Shown here piece by piece: positions 13,152-25,681 of a DNA stretch of 64,000 bases (position 1 is the first letter of the stretch; each line of letters opens with the position of its first letter). The DNA comes from Vitrella brassicaformis CCMP3155. Its lineage: Eukaryota > Protista > Chromerida. The position numbers were made by a program, and so were the translations under genes. The DNA is taken from the NCBI GenBank assembly GCA_001179505.1, contig CDMY01000392.1, positions 24,883-88,882 of the forward strand, written 5' to 3'. The notes beneath the pieces are model-generated. The model was not told where the DNA came from, ran no database searches, and saw nothing but the letters and a program-made list of their open reading frames with translations.

Positions 13152-15173
13152 ATGCTTCCCTTCTTTGGCCATGGCTCGTCCTCGGGCACTCGGCCGACCG
13201 GTCAGAGAGCTCAGGGCGCCTCATCCAACAACGGCGCCCGACCCCCCGCACCGGTGGCTCGGCCGCATCCCAGCCCTGCTGCGCAAGTGATGGCAGCCCG
13301 TCCCGCGGCCTCACACGGCCAGCAAAGTGCGGCCGCTGCTGCTCCGGCTGCTGCGTCGGCCCCAAACCGTCCCCCCGTCCCGCAGGAGCAACAGCAGGGC
13401 CCTTCCATGCGTCTGCCCGTCGCTCAATACGCCGTCACCAACAACAGCGCTCCCCCCGTCCTGGCCTTGGCCGCCGCACCCCCTTCACCCTCGCAAGGCC
13501 AGCAGGCAGCTGCGGCAGCAGCAGCTGCCTGCTGGCCATGTCCGTATCCGTACCCGACACCGTACGGATATCCGTATCCGTACCCGACACCGTACGGATA
13601 CCATCCAGACAGATACCCTGGCGTTGCCGTCCCCTCCTACGCTGTCGGCTCCTCGCAGCTGCACGAGGCAGGGCGTGGGCGTGGGGGGTTGCGCATCAAT
13701 ATCCCAGTGACGACGCTGGTGCAGGTGCGCAACCCCCTGGGCCACCCCAATGACGACGCTGGTCTAGGTGGTGCACCAGCGGCAGCAGCAGCAGGTGGCC
13801 AACCGCCGGTGAAGGTTCCGCGGCTGCCGGACGATGTGTGCAAGTTCATCGACGACCTGCGGGAGAAACCAGGTACCAGATACGCGGCCGCACTGGCCCG
13901 CACCCGCACCAAACGTCTGATTGATGGTGTGTGTCCTTATTTGTGTGCAGAATTCCTTCCCCGGTGCCCCATCACGTTGGGCGTTCCCCACCAGCCAGTG
14001 CACAGCGCCACCTCCCAGACGATATACGAGTACGAAGCCATCTGTCACCACCTCGACCGCGTAAGTGAGAGGGAGGGGACCACCACAGCACAGCAGCATT
14101 GACCAAAGGACACGCCACTCCACTCCCCCCTATCTTTCGGTTTGATGGACAGAGCGGCCGCAGCCCCACCAGCAGGCAGCGACTGACCAAGGACGGCCTC
14201 GTCGCCGACCGCAATGCGCTCAGGTTCATCGAGGGCTGGGCAAGGGACCAGATGCAGAAAGACCAGAACAAGAGAGGCGGCCCGCCGGGCGGCAACGGGG
14301 CATCGAAGCGCCAGAGGGTCGAGGGGAATGGTTGTAGCGGGCAGGGAGAGGGGCGGGAGGGGGTAGTGGCTGACGATGACGAGGAAGGCTCGCCCACGAC
14401 GGCCGTCGTCCTGGGGCGACCTCCCGCCAACCTTATTAGCGCGGTGAGTGACCTTAAGGGAAGGCACGCCGATGAATGCATGTAGCGGCATGTGTTGTGT
14501 TGTGTTGTGTTGTGTCAGGTCAAGGCCGCCCCCGAGACGGTGCTGACGGGCATGATGCAGTGGTTTGGCGAACTCCACACCCACGCCGAGCCGTCCGACA
14601 AGCAGGTCAGGGAGATGCATAGGGGCGGTGACCTGGCGCACACACCAAGTCAGACAATGGATGCTGCTTGATATTTGTCTCTGTTGGCCAGGTAGATCAC
14701 CTGAAGGAGATTTTGCGCCTGTACCCTACCGTCGACGACCTCTTCCGCGAGTGGCTGTGCTCATCCGTCCCACCCAAAGGCGAGGCCACCAGCACCCGTA
14801 TGTACAGATGGGCAGATGCACCCAAAAGTGCCATTTTCATACCGAGGTTGTCTTGTGTCTTGCGTGTTCAGCTGGTGGTGCCGCAGCGGCAGCTGCTGCT
14901 GCCGCTGGTGATGGTGATGGTGATGGTGATGGTGATGGTGATGGTGGCGTTGGTGGGGGGCACTGCTGGCCCTGGTGGAGGAAAGGGTGGTTCTCCCGCC
15001 CTTGGACGCACACCAACACCGGTAAGCCGCGAGGATGGATGGATGGATGGATGGGCTTGCAAACATTGTATGTGTGCGCGTGTGCAGATGATAGCTACTC
15101 GGACGTTGCCAACGTCACCTTCAAGACGGGCGTGTCGGCCATCCTGCGGGAAATGTACCCTGGCACCACATGA
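13152..15173 (+). CDS. U-box domain protein (putative E3 ubiquitin ligase), paralog A
   Basis: The spliced sequence EFLPRCPITLGVPHQPVHSATSQTIYEYEAICHHLDR|SGRSPTSRQRLTKDGLVADRNALRFIEGW matches the U-box pattern (CPIT..P....TYE..AI...L....P.T...L....L..N..L...I..W). Low-complexity A/P/Q N-terminus. Ends AILREMYPGTT*. Confidence 0.75.
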
Positions 15174-15571
15174 GCTCATTGTCGACCCAGATAGACTGTC
15201 TATATCGAATCGTCGTTCCTATGTATCCCCCGCACGAACGGGCTGCACACCGTTGGAAAAGGGAAACGACCCGTTGTTTGGGAGGATGTGTGAAAAGTGG
15301 ATGGATGGATGGATGGATGAAAGCACACGTCACTCGCGTCCACCGAAACCCTCCAAACTGCAGATGAGCGGCGATTCCCCTTTCTTTCTCCGGCCCGCAT
15401 GCTCAAACTGACGCTCAAACTGACGCCTACCTGTTTCCGCTTACCGTTCTGGAGACTCGGAGACGGCCGGGCCCCCAGGCCCCACCTTCAAGTAAAGTTC
15501 GCAACCGCCTTTGCAGCTAATCTTCTTTCTTGGCCTGTCGCCGTCTTGTGTCGGTTCACTCACCGCCGACC

Positions 15572-16875
15572 ATGCTGTTCCTTTTGTGCATGCTCCTGCT
15601 GTGTTCACCTTCCGGGTGCATACATTATCGGGACTCCACTGCAATGGCTGCCAATGACACAGCAACGACCGGCGTCGACTATTACACGGTGAGGCAGACG
15701 CTCTCAATACGGACTGCTTGTCGCATGATCTCGATTCACTTTAGATCTGTGTGGTGTCGGACTTTCACCTGCGATCGCCACGGTCAGTGAGTGCGCTCAT
15801 TCATCGGGCGGGCGTGCGACTAAGCGCATAGCTTGGTCCATTCATTTGTCGTGCAGGTCACAGCAGGCCGGGACTCTGAAGGTCGTCAACGACTTCTTCG
15901 AGAGACACGCGGATCCCAACTACATCAAAAAGAAGAAACTTGCCCATGTCGTCTTCCTCGGCGATGTGTTCGAGTGCTGGCTCACCCCATTGGATGAGGA
16001 GTGTCCCACAATGGAGCAGCAGCTTACGGATGAGAACGAGAAATACGGAGTTGCGTTCCCTGGTAGGTCAGACAGGCGTTTTCTTCACACAAACTTTGTC
16101 CATGTGTGTACATATTGAATGAATACAGACATCATCCAGAAGATAAAGCGGATCCACACCGAGGGCGGCGCTACTGTGTGGATCATGAGAGGTGGAGACA
16201 CGCGAAACATATACATAGATACACCCATACAGACAGAAGAAAAGTATGCGCCGCGCCTTTCTTTCCTCCCTCCCTCCCTCCCTCCCTCCCCCCCTCCCTC
16301 CCTCAGGCAACCACGACGACCGGCTCGACCGAGGGCTGGTCGAGGAGCTCTTCGGTACGTACGTCGGTACATGCACGCACGGGGATGATGCATGGAAGGA
16401 ACCCACCGATTCTCGCTGCATGCACTCTGCGTATTTGTGTCTGTGTGTGCGTGTGCGTGTGCGTGTGAGTATGTGTAGGAGAAGATGTCAACTACCTTGA
16501 AGATCAGATCGGCTTTCCGTCTGTAAGGGACATAGGAAGGCCCGCAAGACACAGAGACATATATACCTATAACAGCCCGTATGTATCGTATGTATGTATG
16601 TATGTGTCTGTTTCCTTGTTTTTCTTTTTTGCAGAAGGACAATCCTCTCGTCAAGATGGAGCACGGCCATCTGAATGATTTGTTCAATCGTCCTGACCCG
16701 TACGGGCGTCCCACATACGGCGAATACATCACCAGGTGCCAGGCTGACGCATGGGTGCACCACCGGAACGAAGCCGATCAGCCGCAAAGCACAAAGGATG
16801 CCGCAGAACAAGGAGTAAACGCGAAGCAATTGCAAAATGGTCGCATGAGATCCTCGCAATCTGTGTGTGTCTCCG

Positions 16876-16907
<32 letters not shown>

Positions 16908-18871
16908 TGTGTGTGTCTATTTGTGTTTATGTGTGCCACGATCGATGCATATAAAAGAAAGAGAAAGTCAAATGGGCCTGGTTGCTGCCTGAGGCGACCA
17001 ATACCTGGCTTAAGGAGGCTGCGGGCGCTTCATCATTCCCTGTGTACAGCGAGACGTTCCGCGGGGGTATCAGGCTGCTCCGGCGCTCGTGGATTGGGCG
17101 ATTTCTGTCGGGCAAATACATGCACAGCATGTACGCACGCACACACGCCTATGACTGTAATCAGAACCATTTCCTTGGACTTGGACTTCGTTGTCTGCAT
17201 TCGCACATACATACAGCATCGAGAATGGCTTCCACAACCTCGCGTGAGTGCCCACCAACAAACAGGGCACGCCACTACTACTACGCCATTCTCTCTCTCT
17301 CTCTCCCTCTCTCTCTCGCTCTCTGTGTGTCTGTGTGTGTGTGTGTGTGTGTGCGCGCATCTTCCAGCAAGAGCGTGATACTGGGCGACTGCAAATTTGA
17401 CAAGGAGACACCGGATGACAAATTGAAGCAGATCATTTTCAAAGGCCAGGTAAGTACTTGGGTGATCCTGAACAGCTATCTCATCCTTCGCATGTCTCTC
17501 TCATGTGGAATGAATGACATAGCGCGAGGTCAAGAACCAGGATGGCACGAGCGGGTCCACACCCTTGATGCCCGACGAAAACATGTACGACATCATCAAC
17601 AGATACGCGACGCTGCCGGGAGATTTCCACACGAAGGGTTCGCTGTCGGAGGACTACATCAAGGAGCTGCTCATCGGGTAAGTACTTACTTACGGCAATC
17701 ACTCACTCAGGAAGAGATGCATCCACGCACACTTACATGATTTTTTCTCGACGCAGCTCTACGTCAAACCAAGAGTTCTTCGGTATGCATACGTGAAAGA
17801 GAATCAGTCCTCGCAAGCTTTCTTTACCACGTGGCGCTTTTTGCTCAGTATGCAGCGAGCCTTACGCCCTTGTCACCGTGAGACGATCGACAACCACAAC
17901 GAAACGACCGCCTGTGTCTCGACTGACTTGGTGTGTATGTACGTTTTTGTCTGTTGTGTGTCTGGTCTGCCGTAGGTCATGGGCCACACACACAGTACTT
18001 ACTTCAGCATATATTCCCGAGATCCTGTCACTGTATCGCGGTGTGTGTACACGTGTGTCTCCTTGTTTTTCTGTCTGTCTGCCTTGTTGTTGCACCTCAC
18101 TTGTAGACCACTACTTGCGCAAGTTCGACAAATACAACGGAGAGGGGAAGATCATCTACGCAAATACAGGTGAGTGCGTGAGTGACCACGAGGCCTCCAT
18201 TCAAGCTGTGCTCTTCGCACGTACGTGCATCAAGGCGGCTGGACCGACGCAGCCGAGAAGGTTAGCCAGGCCCTGAATCCCACCCACTCGCGAGACATGA
18301 GTTGAGTTGAGTTGATGGCTCCCTGCACTGCATGTGTGTGCGTCCGTACCTGCCTGCGAGCAGACGATTGTGGACATGAAGATGGCCGCATCAGACGACT
18401 ACCCGCTGCGTGTGGAGCGCTACAAATGGAACAAAGGGCAAGCGAATTGGATAGACAGGCAGACAAACACACACACACACACACACAGACAAAAAGAGAG
18501 AGAGAGAGAGAGAGACAGACGGTCATCCAGGCCTGCTTGGCAGACCAAGGCTCCTTTTCCTCGTGTATGACGACAGGAAGCCTAAGCTCCTCGCTGCTCT
18601 GAACACCAAGGAGAGCGCCACGCGCGAGGTCTTGGTCGGCGAATGGGAGGAACAGGCAAGCATGCAAGGGGAGAAGGACGACACATAAGCATGCAGGACG
18701 CATTCCCGTCTGCATATGTATGTGTGTGTGTCTTACTAATCAACTGATCAGGACAAGCCCGATCCGCTGCAGAACGATGAGGATGGAGAGAGCGGCGAGG
18801 CGCTGCATCATGAGAGCTGGAGCGAGTGGCTCAGGCGCCTGGGCGCGAAAATCACGAAGCCCTTCCACTGA
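15572..18871 (+). CDS. Secreted calcineurin-like metallophosphoesterase (LpxH/YbbF-like fold)
   Basis: All five motifs in order across exons: VVSDFHL (DxH), FLGDVFE (GD), MRGNHDD (GNHD), KMEHGHLND (H), VMGHTH (GHxH). Hydrophobic N-terminus MLFLLCMLLLCSPSGC. The last two exons are joined via GC-AG introns and end ...RRLGAKITKPFH*. Confidence 0.8.
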
Positions 18872-19337
18872 AACACACACGCACACCCACACACAGACAA
18901 TTGCCTGCCGACAGACACACACGCATACACACCCGTTGGGGGTCGGGGCTTTTCCAGTGAGTACCCTCACACACAAGGAAGTGAGGCTGCATGGGGTGGT
19001 CGGGTGACCCAAAGCAAACGAGGGGAGTGAGTGTCATGCAGACAGACAGACAGACCTGACGAATGCGATCGCGAGGACACTGAAGTGTGATAATCTTGTG
19101 GAGCGCTGGGGCAGTGTGCCTAGGCAATGATTTACGTGCAGCCATAAGATTCTGCTCAATCTGTCAATCACCTTGGCGCGACGGAAGCCAGACCCTGGCC
19201 GCGCACGAGATGCCGTCTGCAAGACGACCACCTGCAAAGCACGTGCACATGCCCATCAACAATAGCGTGCAGATGATTGACTCACACCTCACCGAGGTCA
19301 GGCGGGTAGGAGGGGGAACGTCGATCTCGCGCCCGGA

Positions 19338-19372
19338 AACCCTCCACACTGAACCCTGCACAATTTAACCCT
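19338..19372. repeat. Degenerate telomere-like heptamers (aaaccct / gaaccct / taaccct)
   Basis: aaaccct ccacact gaaccct gcacaat ttaaccct lies immediately before the second U-box cassette. Confidence 0.55.
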
Positions 19373-19706
19373 ACAGACGAGCGGCGACTCCTTTCTCCCG
19401 CATACGCCAACCATCTGTGTGCGTGGCCGTATACTCGTGACTGAGGTCGCGGGAACAGACGAGATCGGTGCGCCGGCGCCAGCGCCTTCCTCTCGCTGCT
19501 GATTCAGTGCTGAAGGCGCACAGCAGTGCTGGGGCGGGGCCGCATCGCATTCGACGCGTCAATGTCATAGCGCTGCCCGTCGGCAAAGTAGCTCATCGGT
19601 AAGGGGATGATGCACCACTCACACGCGATAGTCACGCGATGTACCGTAGCGATGTCCAGCGGGCATCTCTGACAGCGAGCCCTTCTCTCTGCTCGTGTGT
19701 GTGCAG

Positions 19707-21730
19707 ATGCTTCCCTTCTTTGGCCATGGCTCGTCCTCGGGCACTCGGCCGACCGGTCAGAGAGCTCAGGGCGCCTCATCCAACAATGGAGCCCGACCCC
19801 CTGCACCGGCGGCTCGGCCGTATGCCAACCTTGCTGCTCAAGTGATGGCAGCCCGTCCCGCGGCCTCACAAGGCCAGCAAAGTGCGGCCGCTGCTGCTGC
19901 TGCTCCGGCTGCTGGTGCTGCTGCAGCTGCCCCAATTCGTCCCCCCGTCCCACAGGAGCAACAGCAGGCCCCTCGCGCGCGGGTGCCTATGCAGCTGGGC
20001 GTGTCCCTGTCCCCCACCGCCACCGACGGCAGCTCCGCACTGCCCTCCATGTACACACAGTACCAGATGGCCCTGCAGCAGATGCACCAGCAGGCGCAGC
20101 AGATGCACCAGCAGGCGCAGCAGGCGGCACAGAGTCAGATGGCCAAGGCCATGCAGCAGGCACAGAGTCATATGGCCCTCCAGCAGCAGATGTTCCTCCA
20201 GCAGCACATGGCCCTCCAGCATCAACAGCGGCCCGGGGGTGCTGGTGCTGGTGCTGGTGTGGGCACATCCGTGGCGGCCCGACCGCCTGCTGCATACCCA
20301 CGCATCACCCAGGCGGCCAGAGCCGTTAGGATGGATGAGCTCGTCACCGTCCATCGGGCTGGGACGGGCGCGGGGGGGACGGGGTCCGCAGCAGCAGCAG
20401 CAGCAGCACCAGCAGTGGCACCACCGGCTGCTGCTGCCGCAGCAGCGGCTGTGGCTGACGGTGATGGTAGTGATGGTGGGGATGGAGGCGGGACGGTGAG
20501 ATTTCCGGAGCTGCCTGATGACGTGTGCAAGTACATCGATGGCCTGCGGGAGGAGGATATACCAGGTACCAGATACGCGGCTGCACTAGCCAACGCCCAC
20601 AGCAGCAGACGTGCCTTGGTGTCTGTCTTGTTGTCTTGCTTTGTCTGTGTGCAGATTTCATCCCTTCCTGCCCCATCACGTTGGGCGTGCTCCGCCAGCC
20701 TGCACTGAGCACAACCTCCCAGACCACATACGAGTACGAAGCCATCTGCGAACACCTCGACAACGTAAGGAGAGGTCAACCATTGTCTGACCAACGAACG
20801 CACCTCTTTCTCCCTTCTAATTTGATGGACAGAGCGACCGCAGCCCCTCCAGCAACAAGCGACTGAGCAAGGACGACCTCGTTCCTGACCGCTCTGCCCT
20901 CAGGTTCATCGAGGGCTGGGCGCGGGACCAGATGCAGAAGGACCAGAACAAGAGGGGCAGCCCACCGGGCGGCAACGGGGCATCGAAGCGTCAGAAGCTC
21001 GAAGGGGGTAGTGGTCCGGCTGCGGCAGCATCAGCATCAGCAGCAGCGGCAGCGGCCGCTGGTGGTGGTGGTAGGAAGGGAGAGGGGCGGAAGGTGATAG
21101 ATTTGGCTGGCGACGACGATGGCGGGGAGGCGGTGACGGTGACGGCCGTCGTCCTGGGGCGCCCTCCGGCGGGGCTTCTTAGCGCGGTGAGTCAGCTCAA
21201 GAGCACGCACGCTTGCCAGGGGAGTTGGGAAACGGCGGATGTTATTGATGCCTTCTGTTGTGTTGTATTGTGCTGTGTGTGTCAGGTCAAGGCCGCCCCC
21301 GAGACGGTGCTGACGGGCATGATGCAGTGGTTTGGCGAGCTCCACACCCACGCCGAGCCATCGGACAAGCAGGTCAGGCGTCCACACCAACACGTGACAC
21401 ACAGGTGGATGCGTGTCGTTTTTGGTCAGGTAGCTGAGTTGAAGAAGGTGTTGTCTCGAAGCACGCGTGTCGAGCGGGCCTTCCGCGAGTGGCTGTGCTC
21501 ATCTGTCGCACCCAACAACGAGGCCACCAGCCCCCGGGGGTGGTTCTCCCGCCCTCGGACGCACACCAACACCGGTAAGGTTGGACGATGGTTGGGTGGA
21601 CGGCTGCAATTGCAATCATGGTGTGTGTGTGTGTGTGTGTGTAGATGATAGCTATTCGCGCGTTGCCAACGCCACCTTCAAGACGGGCGTGTCGGCCATC
21701 CTGCGGGAAATCTACCCTGGCACCACATGA
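19707..21730 (+). CDS. U-box domain protein, paralog B
   Basis: Same start as paralog A (MLPFFGHGSSSGTRPTGQRAQGASSNNGARPP). U-box DFIPSCPITLGVLRQPALSTTSQTTYEYEAICEHLDN|SDRSPSSNKRLSKDDLVPDRSALRFIEGW. Shares intron positions with A. Ends AILREIYPGTT*. Confidence 0.75.
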
Positions 21731-22874
21731 GCTCATGGTCGACCCACATAGATTGCATGTGTGAATCAATCGTTCTCTGTATGGTGCCTACATGTGCATA
21801 GCTGCCCACCTGCTGGTTCCTTTTTTATCGCTTTTCGTGCCTTGGTTTATCCATCGCTGCCTCCCTCCCTCCCTGCCTCTGTGCATACTCACAGACCTGC
21901 CTTTTTCCATCGCTGTCCGTTCTTCCACATACCTATCCATCGCTGTCCGTTCCTCTCTCTGTACAGATGCGATGCATGTGTGTCTATGGCAGATCTGGAT
22001 GGATGGATGGATGGATGCGGCGCACACATTGCATGTGGTCCAGCAGCTCCTGCAGTGTCTGTGTGCATGGTGTGACGGTGGAGGCGGCAGACGAATGGAC
22101 TCGGTCGCGCACACACGTGACAGAGAGCATTTGGACGCCGCGTCGACAGTCGCACCCGGCACAGCAGAGAGGGCTCCACACATGTGCGCACGAACAGACA
22201 GAATGTCAGCCGGTCCACCCACCAGGTGTCTTGTACGCGTGTCGTTCGTCCTGCCTTTCTGCATGCCTGCCATGCCTGTGTGCCTTGGCTGCCTGTCTGT
22301 CTGTAGCGTCATGTCATTGGTTTGGCTGGTTGTGCCATGTCCGGTTCGCGTGGGTGCCGTTGCATGGCCAGGCTGCATCCATGTTGGCCCTTCTACCAGA
22401 TGGGCCAGCAGGTGTTCGGCCCCGCTGTGCAATGAAGCCGCATGAACGGGTGTGAACCGCATGAGTGTCTCGCGTGAAAGAGCTCGAGCGGACAGAAGAG
22501 AGGAGTGCAGCTGCCTTACGGTTGCTTGTGTTGGGTGGGCAAACGTCACGTGTACATCTGTGGCCGGATGAATGGGATGGATGGGCCGACAGATGTTCAC
22601 GCTCGATCCAGAAATTGGTACAGGGCGAGGTGCGGACCGACGTTTCCTTTTTACGCGTGCGTGTGTGTGCAGTGAACGCCGTTTGTGTGTGTGTGTGTGT
22701 GTGTGATGTGCATGTGGGGCGAGTGCATGAAGCTTGTGCACAGACAGAGCAACATCGGGACCCTCAAACGACGACGGACTCATTCGAAACACACAGACAA
22801 CGATCACAAGCCATTAACCTTCCATGTCTCCACACCTCCCACACACACGCCATCCCACCAGCCAGCAGGCCCAT

Positions 22875-25482
22875 CTAGTCACGCATCTCGTTGCTAGATG
22901 GGAAGTAGTCAGTGATGAGCAGCTGCCCGTCCGGGACCGGCAGCCCCTCCCTACAGAATTCGACACTCCAGGGGCCTGTCTGCACGACGGCGAACCCCAA
23001 ACGGCTCAGCCGCCTCTCACACACACACCCGCACACGCACGCACTCCCACACCCGTGTAGCGCACCGAGTGGGAACTCAATGTCTGTTCTGAGTGCGATG
23101 CGCTCTAGATTCGGCAGAGTGGCGATGGCCTTGAGGCACGCGCCCCACAAATAGGTGAAGTCCGGCACCTCGTCCGGCTCCTCTAGCCACGAGAGTGCCG
23201 AGAAGTACACGCTGATGCAGCGGATACGGTGCTCGATGCCACTATCGCCTTTCTCGCCCCCACCTGCCTTGCCCGCCGACGCCACAGCCTCGCTATGATC
23301 TGACTCTGCCCAATTGGGCAGCTCGGCCCAGAGCTGATCGTCATCCCCCTCCCAAAGGGACCAATCCTCCCTGCCCTCGAAGCACGAGTGGAACGCACCC
23401 TTAATGTGCAGCAGGGGCCCGTCACTCGAGCAGTTGCGCAGATATATATATATATATAAGTTGCAGCGATGGCAGGTGGTCAATGGCCGTGGTGACGGCC
23501 TCCTCGCCAAGCTGCTCCGCCTTGCCGAGGTCGATGCAGCGCACCTTGGGGAAGACGCGGCCGAGGTTGAACAGCAGGGGCTGCGGCAGGGGGCTGTCGG
23601 TGTCCCTCGCTGGCTGCAGGGTGAGTGTGCGGGCCGAGCTGAAGACCAGCTTGGGCAGCATGGAGTAGAAGGCCTGGAGGATGGCGTCTTGGGAGAGGCT
23701 GGTGGGAAAAGTCACTGATGTGGCGAGGGAGGCCACCAAGGTGAGGGTGGAGGAGGCAAGTGAGTAGGCCTCCATGTCGTAGATGAGGCGCATGGACCTG
23801 TTGGGCTGCATGAGGAGGGTGAAGGGGAAGTCGAACGAGCTGCTGCTGTAGTCCTCCTCGCCGTCAGGATGCACGCAGCACCTGTGGACCACACTCAGGG
23901 ACTGCGACCCACACAGCAAGCAAAGCAAAGCAAAGCAAAGCAGCAGACACACAAGGCGACTGCACTCGCTGCACATACATTGCCACCCCTTCCTCCCAAT
24001 GCGTGTGGCCCACGCACGTGGATGATGGGTGGAGTGATCTGTTTGACGTTGATGGCCGCCTCGATGGCCCCCACCGACCTCAGCCACGTAAAGTTGTCGA
24101 GGTCCATCCATGGGTCCGAATCGGGCAGATTCGTTGTGATCTTGAAGCTCGTCACCTTCTTCACGGGACTGGGCATGACAAGATCCATCGCCTCACACGC
24201 ATCCCACGCGAAGGGGGGAGACAGGATGACGTTGGGGGGGCTGTCGCACCACTCCAGCCAGGCGCGGCCGTAGGTCTCATCCTCATCATGATCTCCAGGT
24301 TCGTTGTCGTCGGCGGTCTCCTCCTGCATGCTACGCTTGCGCAACTCAACCGCCGCCAGCGACCTGCGGATCACGCAACAGGCAGGGAAGCGATTGCTGC
24401 GTGTCGGCTCCTTTGGATATGTGGTGTGTGCCACTCACCTGAGTCTCCATTTGCGCCGCCATGAGACCGACGCCCAACTCCCCCCCACCACGACCGTCTT
24501 CAGCCGTGGGAAGGCTGCCCCGCTCTCACCCTCGTTTACTGGCGCTACCCTGTGCCGCACCGTCGAGGTCGTGTCAGCCACCAGACTCTCCAGGCGATTT
24601 CTCGTCCCCTCTATGAGCTTCGCCATCCCATCGGTCATCTGGCATCGCACCACTGCACGCTTGGTCTTGGCCACCCAAGGGCGCCACGCCTGCAGCTGCC
24701 CCTCGGTGAGGTTGATGGCCCGGTCGGCCGTGAATGTGATAGTGGTGTGCATGTGGGGGTCATGCGATGGGCCGAGGAAGGAGGAGTGCGCGCGCGCGAG
24801 GCCGCCGATGAGGGCCTCAGTGCCAACCAACGGACCGAGGCTGTCATACAGCAGCCCCTCGGGCATGGTGAGCAGCAAGGGGGGCACCGACTGAACAGAA
24901 CAACACCACAACACAACACACACACAACATACCAAGTCGCACATTGCCTCCTCTTTTTGTGGTCATCGGTGCGCGCCCCGGCTTACGTCTTGCAGCAGGT
25001 TGTGCTTCATGGCGGTGAGTTTCTGCTGTGCGAAGCCGATGAGGATGGCTTGTGTATCGGGCGTGACACCTCGCGCAGGGTCCATCTTGGACAGCAGCGT
25101 CTTGAACCTCTCGAAATCCAGACACACCATCTGCACACACACAGCCAGCGACAAGTACGCAATGGTCAGAATGGCCAAACGCACTGCCGTGTGTCCTCTC
25201 GATGCTCACCTTGGCTACATTGGGGCACATCTCCTTGCCCAGCGTCCGCTCCTTGCTCTCCTTGAGCGTCAAGACCTCAGCCGCCTGCATCCCATATACC
25301 GCAGAGAGCGCTTTTTCGAGAGAGGACAATCATTGATCAAGAGCATGCAGCCCGTTGTTCTCACCCTCACCTACCTGCTGATGCAGCTGGTTGAGTTTCT
25401 GCACAACATTTTCGTATCTGTCCCTGAAGCCGAGCACTCGTCCGAGCAGTGCCACGGCGTCGGTCCGGGACTCGAGCTCCAT
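22875..25482 (-). CDS. Lineage-expanded F-box-like/LRR-like protein
   Basis: Start MELESRTDAVALLGRVLGFRDRYENVVQKLNQLHQQ. F-box-like segment LLTMPEGLLYDSLGPLVG followed by degenerate LRR-like blocks: FPRLKTVVVG, FPKVRCIDL, LPNLERIAL. Confidence 0.6.
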
Positions 25483-25572
25483 CTAGCGCCCACTGACACG
25501 CTCAAGTGAACAATGCAGTGGATATGTCCTGTACGGGCCGAACGATTCGATTTCTGATTCAATGATTTCCCT

Positions 25573-25608
25573 GGGGTTTAGGGTTATAGGGTTAGGGTCT
25601 TAAACCCT
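25573..25608. repeat. Head-to-head telomere-like repeats in a divergent intergenic spacer
   Basis: ggggttta gggttata gggtta gggtct followed by inverted taaaccct. Lies between the ATGs at 25482 (-) and 25682 (+). Confidence 0.75.
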
Positions 25609-25681
25609 ACAAAGATCCGAAGTTTACGCACGCCCTTTGGGGCAACGCCGCATAGCCACGAGATAGCCGAAGCGGATAGCC

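Noticed and set aside
13541-13600. PYPYPTPYGY repeat as an RNA polymerase II CTD-like heptad
   Set aside because: The period is 10 aa, there are only two copies, and the YSPTSPS serines are absent.
14872-14990. LVMVMVMVMVMVMVALV as a transmembrane helix (ORF 14668-15411)
   Set aside because: This is an alternative frame of a (GGTGAT)n repeat. Splice phase and paralog B support the GDGDGD frame.
18740-19012. Minus-strand ORF ending in a TM-like QRLAALSILIVLQRIGLVLIS
   Set aside because: It is antisense to the last exon of the metallophosphoesterase, which is reached in frame through GC-AG introns.
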